This document shows positions 1-13,364 of a DNA stretch of 64,000 nt, piece by piece (positions within the stretch are counted from its first letter, which is position 1; every line of letters starts with the position of its first letter). Below the pieces are notes generated by a model. It did no database searches, was not told the origin of the DNA, and was given only the letters and a program-made list of their open reading frames with translations. Origin of the DNA: the human T2T-CHM13v2.0 reference genome, Homo sapiens; the NCBI GenBank assembly GCA_009914755.4, contig CP068257.2, forward strand, positions 11,648,001-11,712,000, in the 5' to 3' direction. Made by a program: the position numbers and the translations under genes.

Positions 1-414
1 AAGTTTCCAGTGAGCTGAGTTATTCTCATTGCAGCATGAAGGACACATAGACCCATAGTATCATTCCTTCTGTTTGTCTTTGCATTATCATTTTCCAGTC
101 TATGGCATACAGCAACTATTCAAATGTTTTTTGGATACCTTCATTAGCTATGGCTTCCAAACTTTTGGTTAAAATAGTAAGCTAAGCTGAGCAAGCAACA
201 TTTTGGCCTTTTCATCTTATTGGGCACACTGGTCATTTATTGCCCCTCCCCCACTCTATTCCTCTGGCACCAGCGCCAAGCATTCCCTGGATGGGGATTT
301 GGCTGTCTGGCTAGTGGCCACTTCACTGCATGCCACACATCTGTGCCCTTGGAATCTGAGGCCTTGTCTTCATTTTAGGGCACTAGAAATATTTCTGCCA
401 AAACTCCAAAAGTT

Positions 415-478
415 GTTTCTTTCTTTTCTATTCTTCTCTTTTTTTCCTCCTTTTTCTTTTCTCTTTTCCTTCTTTTTT
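415..478 (+). repeat. Polypyrimidine (CT-rich) low-complexity tract
   Basis: ttctttcttttctattcttctctttttttcctcctttttcttttctcttttccttctttttt is read directly. It accounts for the F/S/L-rich ORF 203-502, which is not coding. Confidence 0.9.
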
Positions 479-1871
479 AAAAAATTTCTGAGAACAATAT
501 AAGCTACACATACATTTGATGGTCAACAGCTGACACTACTAGGAAACATATGTGTAAGAGTAGATTTCAAAGGCCTTAATGCATCTCCCAGCTCCATCTC
601 TGACTCTGTAATGTTGTAGAAGTCACTTAAATCTCTCATCCCCTGTCGACTTAACTACAAAATGAGACCAGTTATAGAATTGTGTGAGAGGAGAAAATAG
701 TTGATATAGATGGAAGAGCTTTGAAGATTCTGCACTCTCGCATATGCATTGTATTAGTATTACTATTAGGTCAGATGGACCCTCATCTATGACTGACCAA
801 GATGTTGGGTACACGAGCTAAAGGAATCCAATTCACTATCCCAGGGTTGCATCGCAGTGGATTTCATACAGGCTAAGAAAAAACAAAAACGTTTTTAAGC
901 CTCCATCCTCAGATCAAAACAATAAACAAAAAATTATGATATCCTTAACAATGTCCTGGGTTAATATTTTATTCCACAAATCAAGATTTCAGAACTCTTT
1001 ACCCTCTAAGAGATAGAGATTGAACATGCCTTTATAGGCTTTGAATTTCATAACTTCTAATCTATGCTCATAACCTGGAAAATGTCATCATACTGAATGC
1101 GCTCATGAAAAGGTACTTTTAGGACCTGCCAGTGACAGTTTATACACACATCAGTCCCTTTTCAAATGTCATTTCCATTAGTATCTTACATCAGAATCAC
1201 AAGTGAAATGAACATGCTGTAACCTAGTATTTTAAAAGGTTATGTTGAAGGAGTAGAGAGGCTTAAATTAATTTTCCCTTTTCTAATCCAGTAAGCCTTT
1301 ACTCAATAGGATTTCCTATAATTCTATCTTAATCCATGTCTCTGTGGATGAATCAAACAGACCACAACATAGAAGAGCCTGCCAAAGTGGCTTCCTGCCA
1401 GCAGCCCTCTCTCCTCTTTAAGATAGACTTCAGATTAATGATTGTACAGTGATCCAAATCAATGAAGAAAGCAAAGAACAGACAGGTATCTCATTATCTT
1501 CTGCAAAGATCTATTTGTTTAGCCATGTTCAAATATTGCCCTAAAATGGTAAGTTGGTTAGCACATATTAATCATTTACTAGATCTATTCAATTCCTAAA
1601 ATTAACGTGAATTTAATATGCAGGGGGAGTTGCATGGCTGTTTTTGTTGCTGTAGACTTGATATAGGCAGAGAACAAGCAGAAAATTATTTAGAATATCC
1701 AGTGGAATCCATCATTATATTTTTGAGACTATTAATTAGCCAAAGATTGTAAAATTATTTTCTAGCAATACCAGTTAAATGAAGTAGAAAAGTTAAATGA
1801 AGGCTAAAAGCCCACACAATGCTATCATGCTCTAAGTATTGTTCTCAATTATTGGAAGTACATATATTATA

Positions 1872-2090
1872 GAAGCTCAGTATGTATTTCCTAATGAACT
1901 GCTTCATGTGAATTATTTCATGCCATAATCTTATCCTTTCCTATACTTTGGCAACTGTTGAGAGGCTAGAAAAGACTGTATTATTTATTCTGAGGCCAAA
2001 ATATAATCATACTTGGGTAAAAGATACTAGATGTTCATCCACTGAACATTTATTACAGCAAATTTTCATAATCCATAACACTTAGGATGT
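1872..2090. repeat. Copy A of a 219-bp local direct duplication (partner at 5636-5853)
   Basis: By-eye alignment of gaagctcagtatgtatttcctaatgaactgcttcatgtgaatta...cacttaggatg shows 7 differences in about 219 bp (mostly transitions, one 1-bp indel). Confidence 0.9.
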
Positions 2091-2314
2091 TTACATCTAA
2101 TTTTTATCTTGATTGAATTCAGCATTAATAAATATGAATTTTTTTCACTAAAATATTATTTGGGCTATGAATATCCTGGCAAAAATCACCCACATAAGAC
2201 TAGGTTTTTATCAATTTATAAACGAATAGGTTGATTTTGAAAAAGTTATCTTTTTAAGTATCTACAAGGAATTTAGAAAATGCAAAATATCTTATAAATT
2301 TGCATTTATAAGAT

Positions 2315-2385
2315 ATATGCCTTTGAAATTTATTGAGCTCTGAAATGTCTTGTTCACTAAATGGCCTAGAGATAATTCTCCATGA
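2315..2385. repeat. Left arm of a perfect 71-bp inverted repeat (partner at 3583-3653)
   Basis: atatgcctttgaaatttattgagctctgaaatgtcttgttcactaaatggcctagagataattctccatga is the exact reverse complement of 3583-3653. There is an additional 13-bp palindrome at 2288-2316. Confidence 0.9.
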
Positions 2386-2883
2386 TTAAAAAGTTTCTTT
2401 CTACAGGAAACTTTTTCAGAATATGAATCAATAAAATAAATAAAAAGTGTTTATTTCTGTATCTTATGTAGAAATTATTACTAAGGTAGGAATGAATCCT
2501 CTCTTAACAGTCTATACAATCACTTTATTCAATCACTTATATATTTACCAAGAAAACTACAAATCTTATACTTTGTATATAGGAAAGACTGTTAAAGTAT
2601 GAGATATACCCATATTGTAATTTATTTAAGAAAACATAACTAAATTATGAAAAAATAATCAACTTTGTGATATTGCCCTATGTAAAATTTCTTCTACTTC
2701 ACAGTCTATATACTACAGCTTCTCTATAAAAAATTCTCTCAGCTCTTCAAGATCTTACCTACAAATAAAAATATCTCTACATTCATCATTATTTTTTTCC
2801 TATTACCTAAAATGAAATTATTCTCTGGAAATTTTGCTCTTAATACGCCTTCCTTACTAATACAAGAAGGAATGTATCTTCTT

Positions 2884-3172
2884 GTAATTCCAGCCCAGCC
2901 TTTTGAGAGGCTGATAAAGGAGGATCGCTTGAGCCCAGGAGTTCAAGACCAGCCTGGGCAACATAGTGAGACTCCATCTCTACACAAATTTAAAAATTTA
3001 ACCAGGCATGGTGGTGCATTCCTGCTGTCCCAGCTACTCAGGAGGCTGAAGTGGGAGAATTTCCTGGGCCTGGGAGATTGAGGCTGCAGTGAGCCATGAT
3101 GGTACAACTGCAGTCCAGCCTGCACAATAAAGTGAGACCCTGTGTCAAAAGGAAAACAGAAAAAGAATATCC
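2884..3172 (+). mobile_element. Alu SINE, 5'-truncated, diverged (AluJ/S-like)
   Basis: Alu body ...gcttgagcccaggagttcaagaccagcctgggcaacatagtgagac...ggcatggtggtgcattcctg...cccagctactcaggaggctgaag...gcagtgagccatgat... It accounts for ORFs 2812-3263. Confidence 0.93.
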
Positions 3173-3582
3173 ACCAGGAAGGCTGCAACCCTTTATAAGA
3201 AATAAGTCTCTCCTTTCCAAATTTATGAACCTCATCATTCTTCAATTGACAGAATCCTCTCAATTTACATGCTGCACATATTTTAAAAATTCATGGAAAT
3301 TGACATTTCTTTTTCATTCCCTGGTATCTATCCCCATAACTTAGAAATCAGTCATGTGTGTCTATTATGCAATTTTCTGTATTTCATCATGTTTTATAGG
3401 TATTTGTGAATTTATATTGCCTTACTAAAAAATAGTACCTTCTTGAAAGCTGTCTCTTGCTATATATTGGGTTTGTATCTCACATAGTGTCACACATAGA
3501 ATCCTTCACATAGTGGAAATTTGCCAGAAACAGGAAGGCATGAAGACCCATTCATTCATACCACCCATTCAGGATCATCTTT

Positions 3583-3653
3583 TCATGGAGAATTATCTCT
3601 AGGCCATTTAGTGAACAAGACATTTCAGAGCTCAATAAATTTCAAAGGCATAT
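3583..3653. repeat. Right arm of the perfect 71-bp inverted repeat
   Basis: Reverse complement of 2315-2385, 100% identical by eye. Confidence 0.9.
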
Positions 3654-4554
3654 ACATTCAACAACTGGATCAGTATTAGCTGAAGACAGTTTTCCAGAGA
3701 TAGTTTAGAGGTACCAGTGCTCAGAGATTCTAAACCAGTATTTCTGAGGTAGAGTCCAGTAGACTACACTTTTAAAGAACTCTACATACTTTTTTAAAGC
3801 CTGTTTCACAGCAAGATTTTAGAACTAATGAATATTTTACATGACAAATTTTCTTAAAGTCTTGGGGCCTTAATATTAGCATGAAACATGAGTAAACTAT
3901 GACTTGGAGTAAATAATAAAACTTGCCTAAGTTTATTGAATTATAACTCACATCTGGAGTTTGGGGTCAATACTACCTTTTACTATACCACAATTGCCTT
4001 CCATGGAAATACTTTTTTGTTTAATTATGTTTATCACTTTCTCAGGAGATATTATTCTAGATTCAAGCCTATCTAACACTCCCCCTTTCTCCTAAAGTTT
4101 TGGTCAAGGTTTTATTTGCTTGTTGGTTTAATTCTCCACTGTGGCTTACTTGAGCACACAGGGAATCTGTCTTCTTTTCTTCCCATCCCTAATCCTAACC
4201 TGATCCTAATCTATTACCTGAGAAAAACATTCATATGAGATCCTCTTTCTCCTAAGGAATCATTTTGTATATCCAGCTTTTTCTAACCACTTGTAGTAAT
4301 TTAACCAATTCTCCTGGCCAACACTTGAATTAAAGTGATAGGACAAATTAATTCACACTAACCTGCTAATGAATATAAAGAAAATATAGCAGCATTCTCC
4401 CAAAATATATAAGAATTCAGTGTGCTTATACAAAAATTGAAGAAAGTACAATCATTGAGTGATAATAATTTTGCCTAGAAGAGGTATTTAGAACCATTTA
4501 TATTTATAATGCAGCTAACATTTTGACTGGTGTATTAATATCATCCAGAGAAAC

Positions 4555-4722
4555 AGAAACATATATACACACACACATATATATATACAGATGTGTATGT
4601 GTATGTATATACACGTGTTTATATATACACAGATGTATATATACATATGTGTATGTATATGTATATATATAGGCACATATAGCCTATTGATAATTCTGGA
4701 GAGAGAAAGAGAGAGAGAGATT
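4555..4722. repeat. Compound (TG/TA)n microsatellite followed by (GA)n
   Basis: acatatatacacacacacatatatatatacagatgtgtatgtgtatgtatatacacgtg... then gagagagaaagagagagagagatt. Confidence 0.95.
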
Positions 4723-5589
4723 TTAAGGAATTAGGTTACAAAATTGTGGGAGCTAGCAATTCCAAAATCTGAAGGATAGGCTAGCAGGCTGAAGACCCAG
4801 GTAAGAGTTGATGCTGCAGTTTGAGTTTGAAGGTAGTTTTCTATTAAGGCCTTCAACTAATTGGATGAGGCCTACCAACATAATGGAATGTAATCTGCTT
4901 TGGAATTTAATGGAATGTAATTGCTCAAACTCAGCTGTTTTAAATGTTAATCTTACCTAAAAAATACCTTCATAATACATGCAGGATCATGTTTGACCAA
5001 ATATCTGGGTACTGATGTCTAGCCAAATGCACACATAAAATTAACCATAATACCTGGTAATACATAAAGAAAATTCATCTTACAAATCAAAATAATCTGA
5101 CATTAAAATTAAGGCAATGTATCCTTACGGAGTGTTATTGTACCTCATCAGACAGCTTAACATGAAATGAGACTACTAGGACAGTACTGATGAGAAAACC
5201 GTAGTATAGAGAAATAAGATTTCATAATAACATTTCACAAACAGAAGTTCAGGGGCCTGCAGGATCAGAAACTCAATTATGTAATCATGTTTTTTTGTGA
5301 GATTTGAAAAGCAGCTTTGTAATTTATTCCAGGGTAACCATAAATCTGAATTTCATAGACAAACTTCTAGCAGCAGCAAACACGTGCATTTGAATGTATT
5401 CTAGACAAAACAGCAGAGTAAAATATAATAAAAATTTCAAATAAACTGATATCTAGTTCTTTGAAAAATGCCGTAATGCTTCTAACCCTCTCTTTTCTCT
5501 ATATCTTGTGTATATACGCAAGATACCTAAAGGAACATTAGTGTGCTCTTTCTTCAATCACCTTACACAATTTTATTCTTGTCTTATTT

Positions 5590-5625
5590 TTCTTTTTCAC
5601 ACACAAACACACACACGCACACACA
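5590..5625. repeat. Imperfect (CA)n microsatellite
   Basis: cacacacaaacacacacacgcacacacaaag immediately upstream of duplication copy B. Confidence 0.9.
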
Positions 5626-5635
5626 AAGTGTTTTC

Positions 5636-5853
5636 GAAGCTCAGTATGTATTTCCTAATGAACTGCTTCATGTGAATTATTTCATGCCATAATCTTATCC
5701 TTTCCTGCACTTTGGCAACTGTTGAGAGGTTGGAAAAGACTGTATTATTTATTCTGAGGCCAAATATAATCACACTTGGGTAAAAGGTACTAGATGTTCA
5801 TCCACTGAACATTTATTACAGCAAATTTTCATAATCCATAACACTTAGGATGA
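5636..5853. repeat. Copy B of the 219-bp direct duplication
   Basis: See 1872-2090. The flanks diverge immediately on both sides. Confidence 0.9.
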
Positions 5854-6039
5854 ACTTCAAAGCATGTATGGGTGTCTTGATATAGCTTGTTTGCTTAAGT
5901 AAAAGCTATGATAAACTTAATTTATCTTGAGGATACTGGAATCTGTGAGAGAGTGAGAGATGTTCCTAGATATTATTTTTGGCTTAATTTTTCAGTTTGT
6001 AAAACAATCAGAACCACTCAGCGGCTCTAGGACTGATAG

Positions 6040-7790
6040 AATAGAGGTATGAAGTCTTCAGGAAACGTACGCCTTCTAACATAGCTGGACCTGAGGTCCA
6101 GGTCCAGCACTATTACAGATGGAGGACGTGTGTCTAGTCTCAAGTAGGGGGATTGGCCAAGGAAAACTGCGTCAGACAACCAAGTCAGGATTTCAGGCAC
6201 AATGGTGTTATGGGATCCTTGGGGGTGTAGATTTTCTGGCCTAAAACCTCTGTCCAGTGGTGCCTTTTCCTGAGTTTTGCTCAGCTCGCTGGGCTAGTTC
6301 CACCCACTCAGCCTGGCAGGCTGTGCTTGGCTCAAGCTACTAGCCTGTATCCCATGCCTCCCAAGGGTGAGTTAGGCATGGAGTGGTGAGGGGTGTGTCA
6401 GCAAGCGTGAGGTCCAGCCTCTATGCAGTCAGACCCTTCAGCTACTGCAATGCAGGCAGCACCAGGTGCGGGCATGGGTGCCAGCTCTCTGCAAGGCTGC
6501 AGCTGGACAGGCACCCCACAAGCAGCTGACACTGGAGAATGTGGTGGCACCCAGAAGCTCTGAGATGCCAGGAACCACAGGGCCTCAAAGAGGGACTAAC
6601 AGCCCTGGTTCGGAGAGCTCCCAGGTCTGGGCTCCTACAAGGGCTGTAGCTCTTCTCTCCCTCTCCGCCCACAACGAGGTGAGCAAAGGGCATGTTTCAG
6701 TCCTGTTTGTGGGTTTGTGGTACAGCTCTTCTAGACTTGCCATTTGGCAGGCCCCAAGTTCTCGTCCTGCAACCAGAAAGATGAGGCACACAGACAAGTG
6801 GAGGATGAGCAAGAGGAAGAAGAGCTTTATTGAGCAGTAGAATAGCTCAGAGACCTGCTGTAGATAGCTCTTTTCTGTAGCCAGGGTGTCTGGACGAGTG
6901 TTCAGCTCTCAGCAGAGTGTAGAAAGCCCTGGGTTAGGTTGCTCCTCTCTGCAGACAGGTCTCCCTGGAGTGGAAGCTCCTCTCTGCCGCTGGTTGTCCC
7001 TACATTCTCCAGCTATCAGCAAAGTAGCTCCTAGCTCCTCTCTGCAGCTGGTTATCTGCTTCTCTGCTCTGCTGTGGCTGAGCCCAGGGCTTCTGTGGGC
7101 CTCAGAGCGGGGAAGGGCATGCTGATTGTTACATGGGCAGCCATGGGCAGGCCCACGTAAAAGCACCACAAGATCCCCCTCAGACTGGCAGCCTGCCCCC
7201 AGGCTTCAGACCTTCCCCGGCCTAAAGGCGGGGCTTCACGGGGACCTGCCCCCTTCTGCCCATGAACCTGCCATCTTTCTACTGCTGTTCAAGGCAACCA
7301 GGCTGCCTGACTTTGCTCCTATCTCCTGGCACAAAAAAAGAGAGAAACCAGACATCAAGAACAGGCACCTCCGAGCCTGCAAGGACAGGGGCCTTCCTGA
7401 GCGAGAGTGCAGGGAGGTTTTCCCAGGCCTCCAAGAGTGTAAGGATGCCTGAGTCTGTAGCCGCTGTTTGGGCAGCTGCAGCTGCACCCGGGAGTGGGGC
7501 AGGACTCCTGCCTGCTCCACGGAGCGAGGCTGGGTATGCAGCCCTGGTTTGGGCAGCTGCAGCAGCACCCGGGGAGCTACCACCCCAACTCAGAAGGGGT
7601 GGGGCTCCAGCTTGTCCACAGTCCCCTGGCTCCACACAGTAGGCAGCCCCAACCGCGCCTCCCTGCTCCAGCCGGGTGATGGCAGTGGCAGGTTGTCTGG
7701 AGGGCTGCTACCATCACGGGAACCAAATGAAAGTAAAAGTAAGCCACAGTGCTTAGAACGGTTTCAGACAGGACAGAAGCCAAATTACAA
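6040..7790. other. Unclassified GC-rich 1.7-kb block (likely an old interspersed repeat, possibly LTR-like). Overlapping ORFs on both strands are GC-composition artefacts.
   Basis: High G+C but CpG-depleted (about 30 CpG in 1.7 kb). Internal short repeats: ctcctctctgcag three times at 6940-7060, and gtttgggcagctgcagc(t/a)gcacccggg twice, 76 bp apart, at 7470 and 7546. No codon structure. Confidence 0.5.
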
Positions 7791-8327
7791 AAAGATGGAG
7801 GCATAAGGTCAAAGATAGACTGTCATATCTTGATTTAACTAATTATTGTATGAATTGAAGAAATGAATGCCCTAGAAGATAGCAGCTGAGCCTGAAGATC
7901 TGAGTAAAATAAATCAGTAAGTGGGAGAGAAGAAACAAGACAGTAGGAAACAAGGGGCCAAGACGTAAGTTAGGTGTGGAGTACCCAGTAGCTCTGTCAA
8001 AGTGGGTCAGTAACTGTGCAGGTCACTGTAGAAAATGTTGACTTCAACTTCCTCTTTAAAATCCTTCTGGAATCTGTATTTAAAAATGAAACAACACTAT
8101 CCTAAACATTTTATGTGGATAGAAATTTGTTTTCTTCCCCAGATATGTTTGATTTGTGTCTTAAGTTTTAATCCTTTAGATATTTTGGTACCATAAACAG
8201 GAATGCAGTTAGTACAGTGTATTTTGTAGACAATAGAAAACAGCAAGTATATTTTTCAACCCTAAGAAACTGTACTGTAAAGTTTGGTGGGACTTCTGTA
8301 TCCACCACATTTAAATAAACTTAATAA

Positions 8328-8670
<343 letters not shown>

Positions 8671-8686
8671 ACATATATAGTTCTAA

Positions 8687-8757
8687 ACACACACACAGAG
8701 ACACACACAGACACACACACACACACACAGAGACACGCAGACACACACACACACAGA
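8687..8757. repeat. (CA)n/(CAGA)n microsatellite
   Basis: acacacacagagacacacacagacacacacacacacacacagagacacgcagacacacacacacacag. It accounts for the CVCVCV ORF on the minus strand. Confidence 0.95.
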
Positions 8758-8876
8758 TGCAGTCATAGTGCACTACAGCTTCAGACTCCTGGACTCAAGT
8801 TAACACACTGTTTTCTCATGGTGCCTTCTTTTCACTGCCCATCCCCCTTTGCAAAATGTTCAGCAATATACTCTCA

Positions 8877-9244
<368 letters not shown>

Positions 9245-9654
9245 TCATAAAATTACCTCAAATATCAAAACCTGTAATACAGTAGGCTTTGGGCATTCAG
9301 AAGGAATCCTGAGACCTCTATAAAATCTTAAATTCACAAAGCATGTAATTTTCTCCCTAAAATATGGACAAGACATAACAAAGTGCCACAAAATCAGGTC
9401 AAGATGTAGAAGCTTGGCAGATTGTGTGCATAGGCCTTGAGTTAATTCCCAGAAGCTCTTACAAGAGTATCACAATTTCTCAAATTAGTGTCTTAGTAAA
9501 ATTAAAATGAGATTCTAGGGTCTTTAATCACTAATTATGAAGAATGTTATATGTCTGACCTATAGACGTTTTAGGAATTTGAATTTTATACAATTTTTGC
9601 TAATAGATCCCTCCATTCTTTTCGAGTAAAGCCCACTATCTTCATCCGAAAAAA

Positions 9655-10695
9655 AAAGAAAGATTTTCTCAGAAAACCCTTGTGTATTGTTGGTAGGAAT
9701 GTAAATTGGTACAGCCATAATGGAAAGAAGTATGGAGGTTTCTCGAAAAATTAAAAATAGAGGGCCGGGCGCAGTGGCTCATGCCTGTAATCCCCAAACT
9801 CTGGGTGGCCAAGGTGGGGGAATCACTTGAGCCCAGGAGTTCAAGACCCACCTGGCCAACATGGTGAAACCCCATCTCTATTAAAAATACAAAAATTGGC
9901 TGGGCATGGTGGTGTTTGTCTGTAATCCCAGCTACTTGGGAGGCTGAGGCATGAAAATCACTTGAACCCAGGAGGCGGGGGTTGTAGTGAGCCAAGATCA
10001 CGCCAGGGTACTCCAGCCAGGGCGAGGGCAAAACTCCATCTCAAAATAAGAAATTAATTTTTTTAATTAAAAATAGAACTACTATATGACCCAGCAATCC
10101 TTCTTCTGGGCATATACCAAAAGGAAATGAAATCGGTACTTCATAAAGATATCTGCACTCCAATGTTCATTGCAGCCAAGATATAGAAACAACGTATCTG
10201 TATATGAATGGCCAGAGAAAGATATCATGATACATATACATATGCACATCATGTAATGGAATATTATTCATCCTTTAAACAAAAGAAGGTGATCCTACCA
10301 TTTGAGACAACATAGATAACCTGGAGAACATTATGCTATGTGAAATAAACCAGGCACATACAAAAAATACTGTGTGATCTCTCTCATGTGGAATCTAAAA
10401 ATATGTTCAATAAACAGATGTAGAGAGTAGGAACAGCAGTTACCAGAGACAAAGTGGGTTGGAGATAAGAAGATACAGGACAAAGGGTATAAAATTGCAA
10501 TTACTTAGGATAACTGTATTTAGGATCTAATATACAGCATGAGGACTCTACCTGGTAATAGTGTATGCCACAAAAAAGTTAACAACATGAGATGAACGAT
10601 ATGTTAATTGTCTTGACAGTAGTAGTTTTAACTATGCATATGTATATCAAAACACTATGTTACACACTTTAATATATAAAATTTGCAGGACAAAA
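9655..10695 (+). mobile_element. L1 3'-end fragment (L1M/L1PB-type ORF2 3' end plus 3'UTR), interrupted by an Alu
   Basis: ggtaggaatgtaaattggtacagccataatggaaagaagtatggaggtttctcgaaaaattaaaaatag ... catgatctctctcatgtggaatctaaaaa ... ggttggagataagaagatacaggacaaagggtataaaattgcaattacttagg. This is a classic L1 3' end. Confidence 0.9.
9762..10049 (+). mobile_element. Alu SINE nested in the L1 3' end
   Basis: gggccgggcgcagtggctcatgcctgtaatccccaaactctgggtggccaaggtggggg...gcctgggcgag... A-rich tail. Confidence 0.95.
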
Positions 10696-11038
10696 AAGTC
10701 CTGCAAATGTTCCTCATGCTCTTTCTACTTCTAGTTCACAGGTTCCAGGATAACCAGATGACTGAGGAATGTTGAAGATTGCAGTGATGGAAGTGCCTCA
10801 GTCAGCCTGGAAGACTGTATGGATGGAGGTTGCCTGGTCACACTGTCATGTCCCTCTCTCCCTGAAAAAGAGACACATTTGCCTTTGTGCAAGGCAATAC
10901 ATACATTTGATCTATGTATACACTTTGGTCTATGCATTCTGTTATTTAACATTCTAATAATGTTGATGACCTTAAAATATGCTTGACAATGATCCTTGTA
11001 AATCATTATTATTCTGCCTTCTGCAAGATAAGAATTAT

Positions 11039-11245
11039 GGGCCAGGTATGGCACTTAACGCCTATAATACAAACATTTTGGAAGGCCAAGGCAGGAGGAT
11101 TGCTTGAGCTCAGGAGTTAGAGACCAGCTGGGGCAACATAGTGAGACCTCATCTCTACTAAAAATAAAACAAAAAAAGTTATGAGAGTGACACTGCACTC
11201 CAGCTTGGGTGACAGAGCGAGATCCTGTATCCAAATAAATAAATA
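11039..11245 (+). mobile_element. Alu SINE with internal deletion, (AAAT)n tail
   Basis: ggccaggtatggcacttaacgcctataatac...ggaggattgcttgagctcaggagttagagaccagctggggcaacatagtgagac...cactgcactccagcttgggtgacagagcgagatcctgt..aaataaataaat. Confidence 0.9.
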
Positions 11246-12976
11246 TCTAATATAGGAATTATCAAATTCAACACATATTAATTATTTTCATATCCATTAA
11301 TGGAAAATAATAATGTGGGGATGATTCTTAAAAGGGATTCTGGAAGTGGCTTCTTCAATTAAATATATTCAAAACTCATTCCCGCTTACTACACAAGTCA
11401 AAGAGGAATTGAAAATGTGTGTGATTCCCACTAAATTATTTTCCTTTCATATGGCTTGATGTTACTGTCTTTGTGGAGTGGCTGAGAAATGTCTCCTTCT
11501 TGCCTTTATCTTCAAAGCCTCTGCCAATGTGAAGTACAGGAGAGAGAGGCAAGAGCAGGGCCCACTAGTGGATTCAGCTCAGCCTTATTCCCCAGGGGAA
11601 AACACATTCTTTTTCACTTTCCTGAGCTGCCTTATCTGATAAAAATGATTCTTACATCTCCCAGCAATGCCTTCTGATTGTAATGTAGTTTATGCCACTG
11701 GTTTGCCTATTTCTCAAATATAAACCTACACACACGTACACACATTTGGCCTTAGCCTTTCTAATTCCACTCTCATCAGGACAGATTGCACACCTGTAAA
11801 CATTCTTAGATCAACTCCAGTAATCAATCCACATTCATGTAACCCCTGCAGAATAAAGATCATTGGAGACCCTCAAGATTGACTTCCCATTTAAACCGTA
11901 AGAAAACAAGACCCCAATGTGTCAGCTGCAGAACCACAATAAGGACCCGAGTCCCATGTCTTATTGTTCAGTGGTTTTTCTAAGTTTCAAGTCTTCTTCT
12001 CAGTAATGGTAAATACTCTCTACGGCCATATCATCCTGAACATGCACAATCTCATTAACGATGGCAAATACTTTCTTCCAGATGCTGATGTGGAAAACCT
12101 AATGTTCATCCTTGATTAATATTTTTCTCTTACATCACATATCTCACCCACCCCTGTACCACCTGTTTCAAGCCATCATCACTTTACACCTGCATTATTG
12201 CAATATCCTCCTAAGAAGCTGCTCTTTTTTTTCACCACCTCCAACATCAGCTCTTAACACAGCAGCCAAAATGACCATTTTAAAATAAAAGTTAGATCAT
12301 CTCTCTCTCTCAGTATAAACCCTCTTTCTCAGAGTAAAAGCCAGGTCTAACAATGACACCTCATAATTGTCCATCTTATCTCCTGACCTCATTTCTTACC
12401 TCTCTCCTTCTCTATCTCTTTTCCTTATACCCTGGAATCCTTGAACTTGATCCAGACTCAGGACCTCTGCCTGGAACATTCTACTCTCTGATAGCTCTAG
12501 AACTAGAATATAAGGTAAATAACACTTGCTGATTTGAAAAATATACTACAAACCTAAGTGGTTTAATACAATGTCTTTTTTTTTTTGGCTAATATTACAG
12601 TCCAGTGAGAATATGACAGCACCTCTGGTTAGCTCTCTTCTAAGCAGAGATTACGTCCTTGATTTTGGTCCCAAAGAGAGAAAGAAAAAGCAAGGAGAAG
12701 AGTACAGTGAGTTTTAAGAGTCTGACCTGTAAATGGCCTATATTTTTCCTTCCCACATTTCAACAACTACTGCTCAGTCTCATGACTAATCTATCTGCAA
12801 AGAGATAAATTCAGAAGCACAAAGCTAGCCTAAATATTAGAATGCCCCCCTCTAGATCTCTGCCACATTAGTCCCCTGCTTTCCTTAGGAAGACAAGGAA
12901 AACTTTTTCTGGCTACCCTGCTTAAAAGAGCAGCACTTCCTAAATTAAACGTTGCTCAGTGATCTCCAATCCTGCT

Positions 12977-13364
<388 letters not shown>

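Noticed and set aside
2812-3263. ORFs 2812-3081, 2943-3263, 8349-8579, 8986-9222, 9669-10031, 13005-13367, 42119-42421, 42839-43084, 54935-55201
   Set aside because: All lie inside Alu elements. These are the familiar Alu-derived pseudo-ORFs (…[10 protein letters not shown]…, …[11 protein letters not shown]…).
6442-7806. Cluster of 60-125-aa ORFs on both strands in the GC-rich block (for example 7262-7642, 7279-7635, 7468-7806)
   Set aside because: They overlap each other on opposite strands and in different frames. They have Ala/Pro/Gly/Arg-rich low-complexity composition and no codon periodicity. This is what GC-rich non-coding DNA produces by chance.
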